Of a DNA stretch of 64,000 bases, positions 41,372 through 53,204 are shown one piece after another; the stretch's first letter is position 1, and the number at the start of each line of letters is the position of its first letter. The translations under genes and the position numbers were made by a program. The notes below the pieces were generated by a model. That model made no database searches and was not told the DNA's origin. It saw only the letters and a list, made by a program, of their open reading frames with translations. The DNA is taken from contig NW_003526943.1 in NCBI RefSeq assembly GCF_000181795.1, positions 4,553,228 to 4,617,227 on the forward strand, read 5' to 3'. The stretch is from Trichinella spiralis (taxonomy: Eukaryota).

Positions 41372-42307
41372 GATGGATTTTTCAAAACCAGTCGTAGTCG
41401 ATTAGATGAGATAATTTGTTCAGAAAAAGATGAAAATGAAAAAGATGAAAAATTGCATCGAAAAATTGTTTCCAGAGTTCACACGGCTTTTTCCATTCAA
41501 AAATCCTTCAACACGTTTGCATCGTTGCTTCACGGTCAGCAGATTATTTTGAGTTGTATGTTATATGTTATTGTTTTTTTATTAAAAATTCTGTATTTTA
41601 CAGGCATATTAACTGGATTTTCTCTGTTTCATTGTTTGTGCGTTTTTGCAGCAGCTGAAACGAGCGTAATTAGTGTCAATTTTTTGAATTACTATACTCA
41701 CATTTCACTTCCAATTCATTCACTATATTTTGGCATTGTTGCAATTTGTACAGTGGCAATTTTGGACAAGTACGTGGGAAAGTTTGTTCGTTTGTTTTGA
41801 GATTTGAATTTTTCACGCAATCATAATTTTAAGTTACGATATATCCCACGCGTTGGTTCGCATTTTGAACGGCACTCTTCGTGCGGTCAATCTCCTTCCT
41901 GGCGTGTTTGTTGTCCTGACACATTTCGTGATAATGGTAATGTGTCTGATGGTTCTACCCATCGAAGAGCACATTTGGATCCAGGGTCTCAATAGAACAT
42001 CTTCAGAAAGTGCAACGACGACGACCACCGCCCCTGACAATGGGAACGTCTTTCAAGCGGTAGATGTTGTTCGGAAAAATTTTCCATTACATGGATCCGG
42101 TTGAATTGACTTTGATTTCAGGCATTAACTTTGGAAGAATTTTCCATTTGGAAATATTGCATATTATTCAGAACGACGTTGCTTTGTTTGACGTGGCTTT
42201 TTGTCAATTTGCGACACGAATCGAACACATTGTTAGATCTGTTGGGCAAGCCGACTGTTGAAGTTGTGGACGACAATGACAAAACCAAATCTGACATTTC
42301 ACGTTAA
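40642..42307 (+). CDS. TMEM237: TMEM237/JBTS14-like ciliary transition-zone membrane protein, 6 exons
   Basis: Exons 40642-40727, 41034-41278, 41373-41534, 41604-41769, 41834-42059, 42122-42307. Acidic disordered N-terminus, then HIYVQKADGFF, AFSIQKSFNTFASLLHGILTGFSLF and FLNYYTHISLPIHSLYFGIVAICTVAILD, with four TM segments matching the TMEM237 pattern. Confidence 0.8.
41342..41370. repeat. (ATT)n microsatellite at an intron 3' end
   Basis: About 10 ATT units directly before the acceptor AG at 41371-41372. Confidence 0.9.
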
Positions 42308-42483
42308 ATGGTGCATGGGAAATTTGTGCGCTTGTCCGTCTATCGTTGTGACGACAATTGCACCGTGAATAGAGATACTTTATGAACATGTGCAAATAAT
42401 GTTGATTTTATAAAATATAATTTATTATAGAATTTTTACAAAATGAAATTACAAATTAATTATGAAATATGAACAAAATTGTT

Positions 42484-42954
42484 TTATATTTTGCGAAGCT
42501 TTTCAGCTTCGACTTTCGGATTGTTCCGTGCAATTTCTTTGGCAGCCATTTTTCTATAATCGAACGTGCACTTGTGTTCAGCTGCATAACGGTGAAGCTT
42601 GCAAAACACTTTGCCACACCTGCATTCCATTGGAATTAACGGCAATTTCACTTTGCACTGTTCGCAACGTTTGCGTTTGGTCGAGCATGTCGGTGAGCTC
42701 GACTCTGGTCGACCGTTGCTGTCTGCATTTTGGCTTTTCGAACTTTTCGGTTTGTCTCCATGCTTTTGCTGAATATCTCCTGAGGGATTTTTCAAACTCT
42801 GCTGATAACAGTTTAAGCAGAGACCGTTGGTTCCATTTTTGGAAGCTTTGGAACCACATTTGCGCAGGCATTCTTCTTGCTGTTCATCGACGTTGTGCTT
42901 CATTTCGACACTTGCCAAACAACCCACCGCCAACGTTGACTTCAACTTCAACAT
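42484..42954 (-). CDS. A20/AN1 zinc finger protein (ZFAND5/6-like), single exon; start may be the second Met at 42903
   Basis: N-terminal CLRKC...LCLNC (A20-like finger). C-terminal RCEQCKVKLPLIPMECRCGKVFCKLHRYAAEHKCTFDYRK...NNPKVEAEKLRKI (AN1 finger). Confidence 0.92.
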   Translation of the reverse strand: MLKLKSTLAVGCLASVEMKHNVDEQQEECLRKCGSKASKNGTNGLCLNCYQQSLKNPSGDIQQKHGDKPKSSKSQNADSNGRPESSSPTCSTKRKRCEQCKVKLPLIPMECRCGKVFCKLHRYAAEHKCTFDYRKMAAKEIARNNPKVEAEKLRKI

Positions 42955-43941
42955 TTCTTCTTTTGTTTCTCTTGTTCACTTTAAACTTTAATGTTGTTCA
43001 AAATTGGTTTAAATTAAATTTTATCTTTACAATTTGTTTAGTTTAAATTATATACAAGTCTAAAAGTTGACGTTCATTGAATGAAAATTTTGTTGGATTT
43101 TTTTTCATTTGAAAAATCACTTCCACTCGATATGAAATATTGTTGTGAAATTGAAATTCAAATTACATCCGAAAGTATAAAATAATGAAACTTTTTTTTC
43201 GTTTTCTTCTTCGTATATTAGTTGTAAATAAAATGAAAATTGATCATTTATGATTAGCATGTGAATTATGTGTGCTTGTTTATTAAACGCAAAGCAATGA
43301 TGTAGAATAAATAACGGGTGTGTTGGAAAAACACACGACAGCCCAATAATTAAACCAGCTTTTAAAATTTTTATAAGAAAATGTCAAAATGTTTCAAATA
43401 TTTACCCATCAGACGAAGAAGAAATCTTTGAAATAGATTTCAACAACTGCATAAAGTGAACAGAACGAACATTCGAAACAATTTTAGCATATATATATTT
43501 TTTTTCTTTAAATTTACTTTTCTACTAACTTGTATAAAGTAATAAAAAATAATAAAATTAAACAACTAAAATATGAAACTTCAATACAATTTTGAATTTG
43601 TTGTTGTTGTTGGAAATTACAGTAAGTTGTTAATAATGAATTGAATAGGCGAAATTGCTTGCGACACGTCCCAGTTGTGTGGCCAACCGATCCAAGACAG
43701 TATGAAAAGACATAATGAAAATTGAGAAAAATTGAAAATGCATTTGTAAATATATTATTCTGTACTGGTTGATAAATTCTGAACATTTTCAATTAATTTA
43801 TTCAAATCACTTTTTGTAAAATATATTCCAAACGTGATCAAAAGATGATAAAAATCTCTAAACTGTTGCTGCTGTTGCTATATGCAGGTATTTCTGGTTT
43901 TGCAAAAGCAACGATTGAAATTCAAGATTAGCAAGCATTCA

Positions 43942-43942
43942 A

Positions 43943-43989
<47 letters not shown>
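43942..43989. repeat. (AAT)n/(AATGAT)n microsatellite
   Basis: Read directly from the sequence. Confidence 0.85.
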
Positions 43990-45339
43990 CTTCCATCATA
44001 TTATTACTGCTATTACTTGCCGTATAAAATGATGCACTCCAAGAGATCCGTATTAAAAATGTTCATCTCAACCATACAAACAAACATAAAAATAAACAAA
44101 TAAATAAAATAAGAATGCAAAACAACAACAACAACAACAGGAAATAATATGGAAAATTTTGAAAATTTATTAAACAACATTCAACATTAATTGCGAGATT
44201 GGCTATTAATGGCAGATTGGCATTTCACATGGTGGTAGTAGTAGAATGGTATTGCTTTGGCCGACATTTTTACTTGTTTCACAGTGATCTTTGAACATTT
44301 TACAAACCAACCAGTCTGGCAAATATTCAGCATCTTCTGCTCTCCAAGAATTGCTCTCATATTCCACTTTTGCAATCTTCAATTCTTTCTCATCAGCTGC
44401 TCACATTTAAATTTCCATTCAAAATTCAAATCAACAATCACCTTTATTTGAAAATTATTCTTCATCAAATTCAGTTCCCATCAAAAATATTATTTTTTTT
44501 CCCTCCTATTTTTCATCTCTCACAAGGCAAGTTATTCTTTATATTATATTTATCTTTTTTTTTCAATCACACAAAAATTACCACAAGTAATCTTTCTATT
44601 GGAACACAGTACTGTAAAAATTAAATAATTATGTTCGATTTAATTGAAGTTGAAAAAGCTATCACTGTTGTTCATTTTTAAAAAATTATTTTATTGCTCA
44701 ACTCTCGAATAAGAATTTTTCCAATAAATAATAATGATAATTTCATTTTTTCTTTCAAAAAAAAGATTTTCTTTTATTCTTGTCCACTGCGACATTGTTT
44801 ATTTGCATTTTTTCACGTTTTTTTTATATTCTGATCAATCAAAATTTTGCAAATGTTAAATTGAAAGAAAAGCAGTTCAGTTGTGAAGTGAAATTGTAAA
44901 TTGATGTTGGAAATTTTAATAATTGAACGTTAATCAAACTTTTATCAAGCTTGTTGTTGTCTTGGAATTTTGTAAAATGCAACCTAGTTGAACATTCTGT
45001 TGTGCCACACATTATGATAAGACGTATAAAAATAAAATAAAATAAAATACAACAATATTACATCACAGGAAAGAATATGAATATTTTGTATTGCATATCG
45101 AATGCTAATTACGTAAAATGTTTTTTGTTATTATTTTTGAAATTGCATTAAAAATGCACAAAATTTGTAAACAAATTCATATAGTTTTGTGAAAGATGGT
45201 GAAGAAAATTATTGTTTAGATTTTTTAAATTAATTGACCGATAAAATTGTTGCTCTCACTCTCTCTATCTGCCTGTCGCTTTCAACGTTGCTGTCAACAT
45301 TGAACAGTTGACGTTGTGTAAACGCTGCTGACACTGAAA

Positions 45340-46473
45340 ATGGGAAATTGTGTAAAACGCATATCTGGCTCTGAAAATGTCACATCACATGCAAATAATT
45401 ATCCATCAAAAATAGCATCGGCTGGAGCATCAGCGGTAAATAATTCTTTTCCAAGCATTCAATTGTTTCTATTTTTTCATTGTTGTTGCTTGCATAATAT
45501 ATTTACATTTTTTAAAAATTGTTTAAATAAAATGCTCGTTTTCCATTATATAAATATAAATTGTTATCAAAATTTGTTTAAATCAAACAGTAATCTATTA
45601 TTATTTTGTTTTCAGGGGCGTGCATTTGGAGAAATTCCTGACCATGGTAAGCGTTGTAAGAAAATTATGATATCAATGTATGAAATTATAAATTTACCAA
45701 TTTAACCTTGAATTGAATTTGAATGAATGTTTGCTTGAAATTTAAATAATAAATAAGTTGTGCAACTATAAATCACCAGCTATCACTGAATGAATAATGA
45801 AATTGAACGCAAATGGAAATTATGAATTATTATTTATAGAGCTTCAGTTTGTATTCAGTCAATTCGACGTCAATGGAGATGGTTTTATAACTGAATCGGA
45901 ACTACGCCAAGTTATGCTTCGTCTTGGCCAAGAACCGAACGCAGACGAAATAAGAGCCATGTTCAAAGCTGCTGACGCAAATCGAGATGGAAAAATAAGC
46001 TTCGAAGGTATTATTATTATTATTATTATTAAACTGATGCATAATATTATTTGCAAGTGATATTAATCTCAATTTTTAATCCTATTTTGCTGTTTAAACG
46101 AAAATTAATGAAAAATTATTCTTTTTTTCGATAAAAAAAACTTTAAAATTTCCAGAATTTTCCGAAATCGCTAGAGCCAATCCAATGTCGTTGTCTCTGA
46201 AATCAGTGTTCAATGAAATGGACCGTGACAATGATGGCCACGTTACACGCAAAGAAATGCACGAAGCTCTGAAACGCATGGGTCACGTGATCAGTCCTGA
46301 CGAATTGAATGCCATATACAAAGCTGCTGATGTGGACAAAAATTCAAAAATCGATTTCGACGGTATGCAAATATCATCGAAGAGGGGCAATATGTTTTCT
46401 TTTATCTGTCGTATACACATATTTGCATATTTTCCATTTAGAATTCGTTGCCATAATGTGCCATCGCAAATGA
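45340..46473 (+). CDS. Calmodulin-like 4-EF-hand protein with N-terminal extension, 5 exons, ~177 aa
   Basis: Exons 45340-45435, 45616-45646, 45840-46007, 46156-46362, 46442-46473, in frame. EF loops DVNGDGFITESE, DANRDGKISFEE, DRDNDGHVTRKE and DVDKNSKIDFDE. Confidence 0.9.
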
Positions 46474-47433
46474 AATAACGACAACACTTCAAAAGATTAT
46501 TTGGAAAGGTGAATTTCAATTCTTTCTACTACTGCTGTGCAGTTATTTCACTCATCTTCTACTACTACAATCTGTTTAAGCACTGCATCATTCATCCATT
46601 CATGGCATATTTCGTGCACTTATCTCATGTCAAACATTATTTAAATATTATTAGTATTATTCTCTTTGTTTTCCATTTTGCTTTTATTGGAACATTGTAG
46701 TAAATGAACACTCCACCTTTAATAACTATTTATACAATTATATTTTGAAATTAAATTTTCAAAATCAAATCGCGCAAACAATGCAACATTTCGAATTCGA
46801 ACTGTCAATTTTGTATAATTATTGAAATAAAATAAATTTTCCTAATCTTCAAATTCATTCTGAAAAATATCCAAAACACTAACCAAATAAGTAAAATACT
46901 ACACATTACATAGTTTCCAGTATAAGCAGATAACTATTCAAAAACTTATATTTAAAAAAGGAAAAAAATATCACCGTTTGAGGTAAATTTTTACATTTCA
47001 ATTTTAAAAATTAATAATACCAAGTGAAATTCCACGTCGACTAAAATTTTACATTAAATAAAAAATACAATTGCAGACTACTGTAGCATTTATCAAAATA
47101 ATTTAAACTAATTAATAAATTTCATTGAAAAATAATGCTTAATTTACATTTTTTGAAATATTTATTGCTAATTTATTGTCGTTTATACTATTTTTTATTT
47201 GAAAATCTTTTATTTTGTAACTGGTATTATTTTTTATTCACATCAGGATGTAACTTTATTATCATTATTTGAAGAACTGTCATAAAATTTTAATACTCAT
47301 GAACGAATATCTTATATGTGAAAAATCATAATTTTTGGCATTTTTTATTTTATGTATTTTTTGCATTTAAATTTTTTTCATCACTGAATAAATTTGGACT
47401 GAAATACCAGAAATTTAAACGTTTATTCCAAAT

Positions 47434-47505
47434 CACGGTAAGTTTACATTTATTCTGACATTATTTATCCAATCCAAGCACGGTAAGTTTACATTTATTC
47501 TGACA
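47434..47505. repeat. Perfect 27-bp direct repeat, period 45
   Basis: CACGGTAAGTTTACATTTATTCTGACA at 47434-47460 and 47479-47505. Confidence 0.9.
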
Positions 47506-48288
47506 ATTTGAGATATTTTTCGTTTTATTCTTGTCAAATTATTTCTCTAATTTGACTCAAAAATTGAGAAACGTGTCCACTATTATTTCACGGTGAATAT
47601 ATATTTTCATAATATTTAACACTTATGAATATCAGTTGCAAATTTGATATGCTCATCGTAATCATTGCATATTATTTTTTGAAAATTAAAGCAATTGCAA
47701 TGTTCAATTATGCATGTTTATTAGATTATGCTAGTCGTTTTTATGTTTTTAAAGGTTGTATAAGTATTTTACTCAATGTTTTCTTCAAACTGCTGTACGG
47801 CTTGAAAATGCCAGATAAATGTCGAATTTTAGAGTTGAAATTACCAATGAAAAAGAAGAAGTAATTCCCAAAGGCAAATTTTTTTCACAGTTTTGCTTTC
47901 AATCGAAATGAGTAATTTGATCAAAATACGTGACCACTCAAAATTGTGAAAATGATTCTTATTTTAAATTGATGAAGTTGTAATTAATATCGTATGCAGT
48001 CGATTGAACGTGTCCATTCAATTATACTATTATCTTTGTTTATGCTAATCAATAAATTACACGAAATGTATAGCTGCTCCTAATTCTAACGTCTTGTCAT
48101 TTGTAGTATTCATTGTTCATGCTGACAACTGCAAACGCTGTTTATCGTAGTGTATACAGTATTTTAAAATACTACTTTAAAACTTCTAACAATATGTTTA
48201 AAAATGCGTTGAACTTATTTTAGCACTGCTTTTGTTGATCTTAATCATTTTGTTGCCCTTTTTATCAGAAGAGTACTGCGTTGCAATT

Positions 48289-50424
48289 ATGGCGAGATTG
48301 AAAGCGTTTGACCCACGACAATATTTGGACGTGGATTCATTTTTTCGAAATCATGCTTTTCCACGTCGTTACATTCTCACATTTTGGGCTTTTGTTGGCT
48401 TTTGCGTTCTGTATTCAATGCGAGTCAATTTAAGCATTGCGATATTGTTCATGACAAGAAATGCAACTATTACTGATGATGATGGAAACACGACAACTGA
48501 GGTATTTGGTCGAAATGACAATTTAAATTTTTATTCAATTAATTAATGTGCCACATTGTTCTTTTCAATAGATTGCTGATTTCCACGATTGGGATAGCGT
48601 CAATATTGGTTTCATATTGAGTGGTTTTTTCTATGGTTATATATTAACCCAGTTTCCTGCTGGTAAGTAATATTTTATATTTCGAGTAATAAATCAATAA
48701 ATAAATAAAAATCAAGAACAGATTTTTCAATATGAACTTTTGCTTTAAATAAAGGAAAATTTCTATAATATATTGTTTTTTTTACTTTTTGTAAAATTAA
48801 TTTGTTCTGTGATAATGAGTAAAAATTATTTTGTATTTTACAGGGTGGTTGGCTTGTCGTTTTGGTGGTAAACGTCTGTTGGGATGCGGTACTGTGGCTT
48901 GTTCTGTTCTTACCATGCTTACCCCAGTATGTGCAAGATTGGATTATCGTCTGTTGTTTTTTCTGCGTCTTCTTCAAGGAATTTGTCAAGTATTCATGAA
49001 ATAATATTTTTCCAGTTTCATAGTGTTTTTCTTAGGGAGTGTCATATCCATCGATGCAAGCCATCTGGAGTCATTGGGCTCCTGAAAATGAAAAATCAAG
49101 GCTATCAGGCATCGTATTTTCAGGTTCTTTTTTTGGAACTGTTATAGCTTCACCATTAACATCAGTTATTGCGCAGCGATTTAATTGGACAACAGTGTTT
49201 TACGTATCTGGTAAATTTGTATATTTATTATATACTGTGAAAGGTATTTTTTTAAAATTGCCTTCGCATTACATTTTTGAATTGTTTAGGAATATGCGGA
49301 TGTATTTGGTCATCTATATGGCTTAGCACGATAGCTGAAACCCCTCGAAGTGATGGAAAAATTACTGAAGCAGAACTTGAATTTATTGAAAACGACAAAG
49401 TGGTGGGAAATAAATTAGAGGTAAAGACGGCGATGAGCAGTTTTGTCTCTTTTTGAAAAAAACTGTTAATTTTAGGCGAAATCTGTCCCATGGAAGGAGC
49501 TTATTACTTCCAAAGCAGTCTGGGCAATAATTGCTGTTCATACAACCGAAAATTGGGGTTTCTATACAATGCTTACCTATCTGCCTGCGTATATGAACGA
49601 TGTTCTTGGTTTTAAGTTGGAATCGGTATTTTTTATTTAAATTATTTGTTTATAAGATAATAATGAATTTCATTTGATTTAGACTGGATTCACTAGTGCT
49701 TTGCCGTATTTGGCGATGGGAATATTATTGCAAGTAGGTGGTTATCTTGCTGATTACATCAACAGTAAGAAGATTATAACATTAGAGTTATTAAGAAAAT
49801 TGATGGCGTCAGGAGGTTAGGAAGTTGTATACTACACACACATACACGCACATATATATATATTAAATATTTTACAGGACTCTTTGTTCAAGTTTTCTTT
49901 ACTGTTATTTTAACATTCACGGTAAATTATATCGCAGCAACAATTTTGATGACTTTTTGCGTCGGTTTCGGTGGGGTTGTGTGGGCAAGTTTTAGTATAA
50001 ATCAACTTGACATTGCACCACAAGTAAATTTTGGAATTTTCTCGATTTAATTATCTGATTTATTGGAATTTGATTTTTAGTATGCAAGCGTTATCATGGG
50101 AATATCAAATACATTCGCCACGCTTCCTGGTATGATTAGCCCATCAATTGTTGGCGCCATTGTACAGAAAGGGGTAATAAGGCAATTAATATTCTTTCTT
50201 CTTGGTTTTGAATTGAATTTAGATAAATAAATATATATTTGTAGGTTTCATCTGAATGGTGCATTATATTTTACATTACTGCGGCATTTTACGCCATTGG
50301 TGGTGTTGTTTTTGCACTGTTTGCAAAAGCCGAAGTACAGCCATGGGCGAAATTAGCATCAAAAGCACCTGATACACCAGAGAATGAAGATGCTGAGGAA
50401 TTTATTGCATCAACTAGTACATGA
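48289..50424 (+). CDS. SLC17 family (sialin/vesicular anion transporter-like) MFS transporter, ~10 exons
   Basis: Motifs [105 protein letters not shown] and AEVQPWA. Stop TGA at 50422-50424. Confidence 0.92.
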
Positions 50425-52332
50425 TGCAGAATGAATAAGTTAATAGCAAATTAATATCTTGCTAAACAGTAGTTTATTTTGCCAGTTTATAACTTTCTCA
50501 ATGGTTTTTATAGGTCAGAAATGCTTCGTTTGTTTATAACATCAGCGCTAAAATAATCAGTGTTTAAATTTCATTGCTATTTAAATTTATTATATTATCA
50601 AGTTACTTTTAATAAAAATGTTGCTTATATGAAAGCATAATTTTAGTTCAAGAATGAAACAACCGTATGATGTAATAAACAAAGCAATACCTAAATAATT
50701 TTAGTTATTTTATCGATAATTTTTAATTTATGATCAATCGTTAATTAAATGAATGTATTCAAAGATAATGACTACATTTTATAATAGCAGTTTTAAAATG
50801 GAATTAATGCTTTCCCTAATGAATACTCACCAAAGAATAAATATGGTCAGGTACGTATAAGATTTTATAAATTTTTTAAAATGCTAAATTAAATGTTTGA
50901 CATATAAATGAATTATTATTTTAATGTATGTGAAGAGCAATTGCATTTTTTTCAAACTTTTAATACGAAGCTTATTTATTTTTCCTTTTTTACAGATGAC
51001 TTCAGTTGAATAAGAAATTAACTCAAAAATGCAACAGGAAATCGTTTTCCAGAATGATTTACTTTCATGTATTCAAAATTGCTTTTTCTAAAGAATTCTC
51101 ATTTATTATGATAGAAAATTGAACTTAATTAAAAAATAATCTAATTTTAAAATAATCGAATTAAAATATTATAATCAAATGTTGTTACATGAAAAACGAA
51201 GTTTTTAGCATTATTATAGTATGAATTGTACGCGGAAATATATACGGTTAATCACGTGGATAATAGATAAATAAAAAAATATTTTTTATGCTCATTGCAA
51301 AAAATTGAATGCGTAATGATAAATAAGAATGAAGAATAAAAGTGCTGTTTTGAATAATTACAGTTTAACTTATTTACCATAAAATGCAAATTTCCCATTT
51401 AGGACAGACTTGATGTGTGTTAACTGGCAATATCGTCTTTCAGTTGTTGTTGCAGTTCGACAATTACAAGATGGAATCGTTTATAAATTTTTACAATAGT
51501 TTTACATGCTGTTCTATTGAGACCACTGCCTTTTATATGCATTTCACACCATTCATGAATTGTAAAGTTCATGGGACAATTTTCCATCGGCCTCATTAAA
51601 ATTCCTGTCAGATGTACTGAAATAAAGCTCACTCGCAGCTACTCTTCTTTCAGCAGACTGAAATAAACTGATATTTTAATTTAAATTAGGAAAAACGAAA
51701 ACATCATCTTGTCATCATTGATTTCAATGAATCAGTATATTATTGGCCCGCTTGCGATGTTTAATTGCTCAATAAAGTCTCACAGCCTCTAGCTGTCACT
51801 ACAAGCTTTATTGTATTTGATTTTAATGCCACTGGGCATTGGCACGATGACAATAAATGAATAATTTCGTGAAAAAAGGCAGCGTCCAATTTTTATGATA
51901 AACTTTTTTAGTTTATGTTTTGCATTATCATTTCTTTGTTATTTAAATATCTTGAAGTGAGTACAGTGAAACTTGCCAAAGTGGGCATCTTGATAATCTG
52001 GCAACTGCCCAAGTTGGGCAGTTTTTCTCGGTTCGTAAAAAAAGCATCATTAATTATACAGACGAACCTCTTTAAACTGGGTACCTCTGTTTTCTAGGCA
52101 CTTATCAAAATTGGGCATCTTCTCATGAGTTTTGAACCATAAAGTGGTTGTGTAAGGGGTTTTCCGTAGAGGCTAGAGGGTACACCTCCGTCTCAGGACT
52201 GTTCTCCCGGTCAGAGCTATCCGTGTTGACTTTGCGACCTCTTTCGCAGTTCGACGAAGACATCTGGGGGTAATAAAGAGAAACCAACACAACGCAATCG
52301 GTTAAAGTGTTTATTAGGATGTACTACCGACA

Positions 52333-52620
52333 ATCGGGGTACTCTGATTTCGCCCGATCCTATTTTCCCTACTCAGCCCCCCCCCTTTGTGTGATTGGTT
52401 GTTCGCTCTTGGCTTGAACGGCATTTGATCGGTAATTGGCGATTGACTTTTGCCATTTTATTAGTTATTCAGTTCTGATAAGTAATTCCACCTCAGAAAT
52501 AAATAAATTAGCATAAGTTAATCGCCAAATACCGATCAAACGCCGTACAGTCTATCACCGAACAGCAAATCACAAAAATGAAGTCGAATTTTAGCGGGCG
52601 TAATCAGAGTAAACCCCGAT
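52333..52620. repeat. 288-bp imperfect inverted repeat (foldback)
   Basis: Arms pair along their length, for example ATCGGGGTACTCTGATTTCGCCCG with CGGGCGTAATCAGAGTAAACCCCGAT, and ACGGCATTTGATCGGTAATTGGCGATTGAC with GTTAATCGCCAAATACCGATCAAACGCCGT. Confidence 0.9.
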
Positions 52621-53204
52621 AATCACCGTAACAAATCACACCGCGGCCAACCACTAAGTGAACACCACGCACCAGCACCAACTGACTAATTATTCACGTC
52701 CACCAACCACCGTAACCCTTCTGATGATCAAGTATTGCACCACTTTTTCTACCGATCGTTGCCAGGTCTGTTGAAGTTCTTTCTGCCGTGTCTGGAATAA
52801 ATGATATTTAAGATTTCCAACCGAAAGGTAATGAGCACCTGGCCGTCTGTTGCAGTTGTTCTGAACCTCGTTTAATATGGGCGTGTGTGAAACAGCACTA
52901 AAGATGCTTTGCTCTTGTTTAATATTCATGAAAATTGTCCTTTCCGTTACTAGTTGAATAATTCTTTGTTTGCATTGATTGCCGCTGCTAACCAATGCTC
53001 AAGCAACATCCGTAGCCTTTTATCGACAACCTGATTTAGCCTCTGCCTTGCAGGAAGGTTGATTTTTGGCGCGTGGGAAGTGACGAAACAGCTCATTCCG
53101 AGTTTTCCAGTATACAGTGATGCAACGTGGAACTTAATTATCCTGAAGTACTGTAGGGAATATCCCACACTTTTTTCTTTGTTCGCAATTGCACCAAATA
53201 AACG

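Noticed and set aside
42462..43046. 194-aa + strand ORF
   Set aside because: Antisense to the well-supported zinc-finger gene, with no recognisable motifs.
51420..51900. Possible minus-strand exons next to the Tigger element
   Set aside because: No consistent spliced frame and no recognisable homology.
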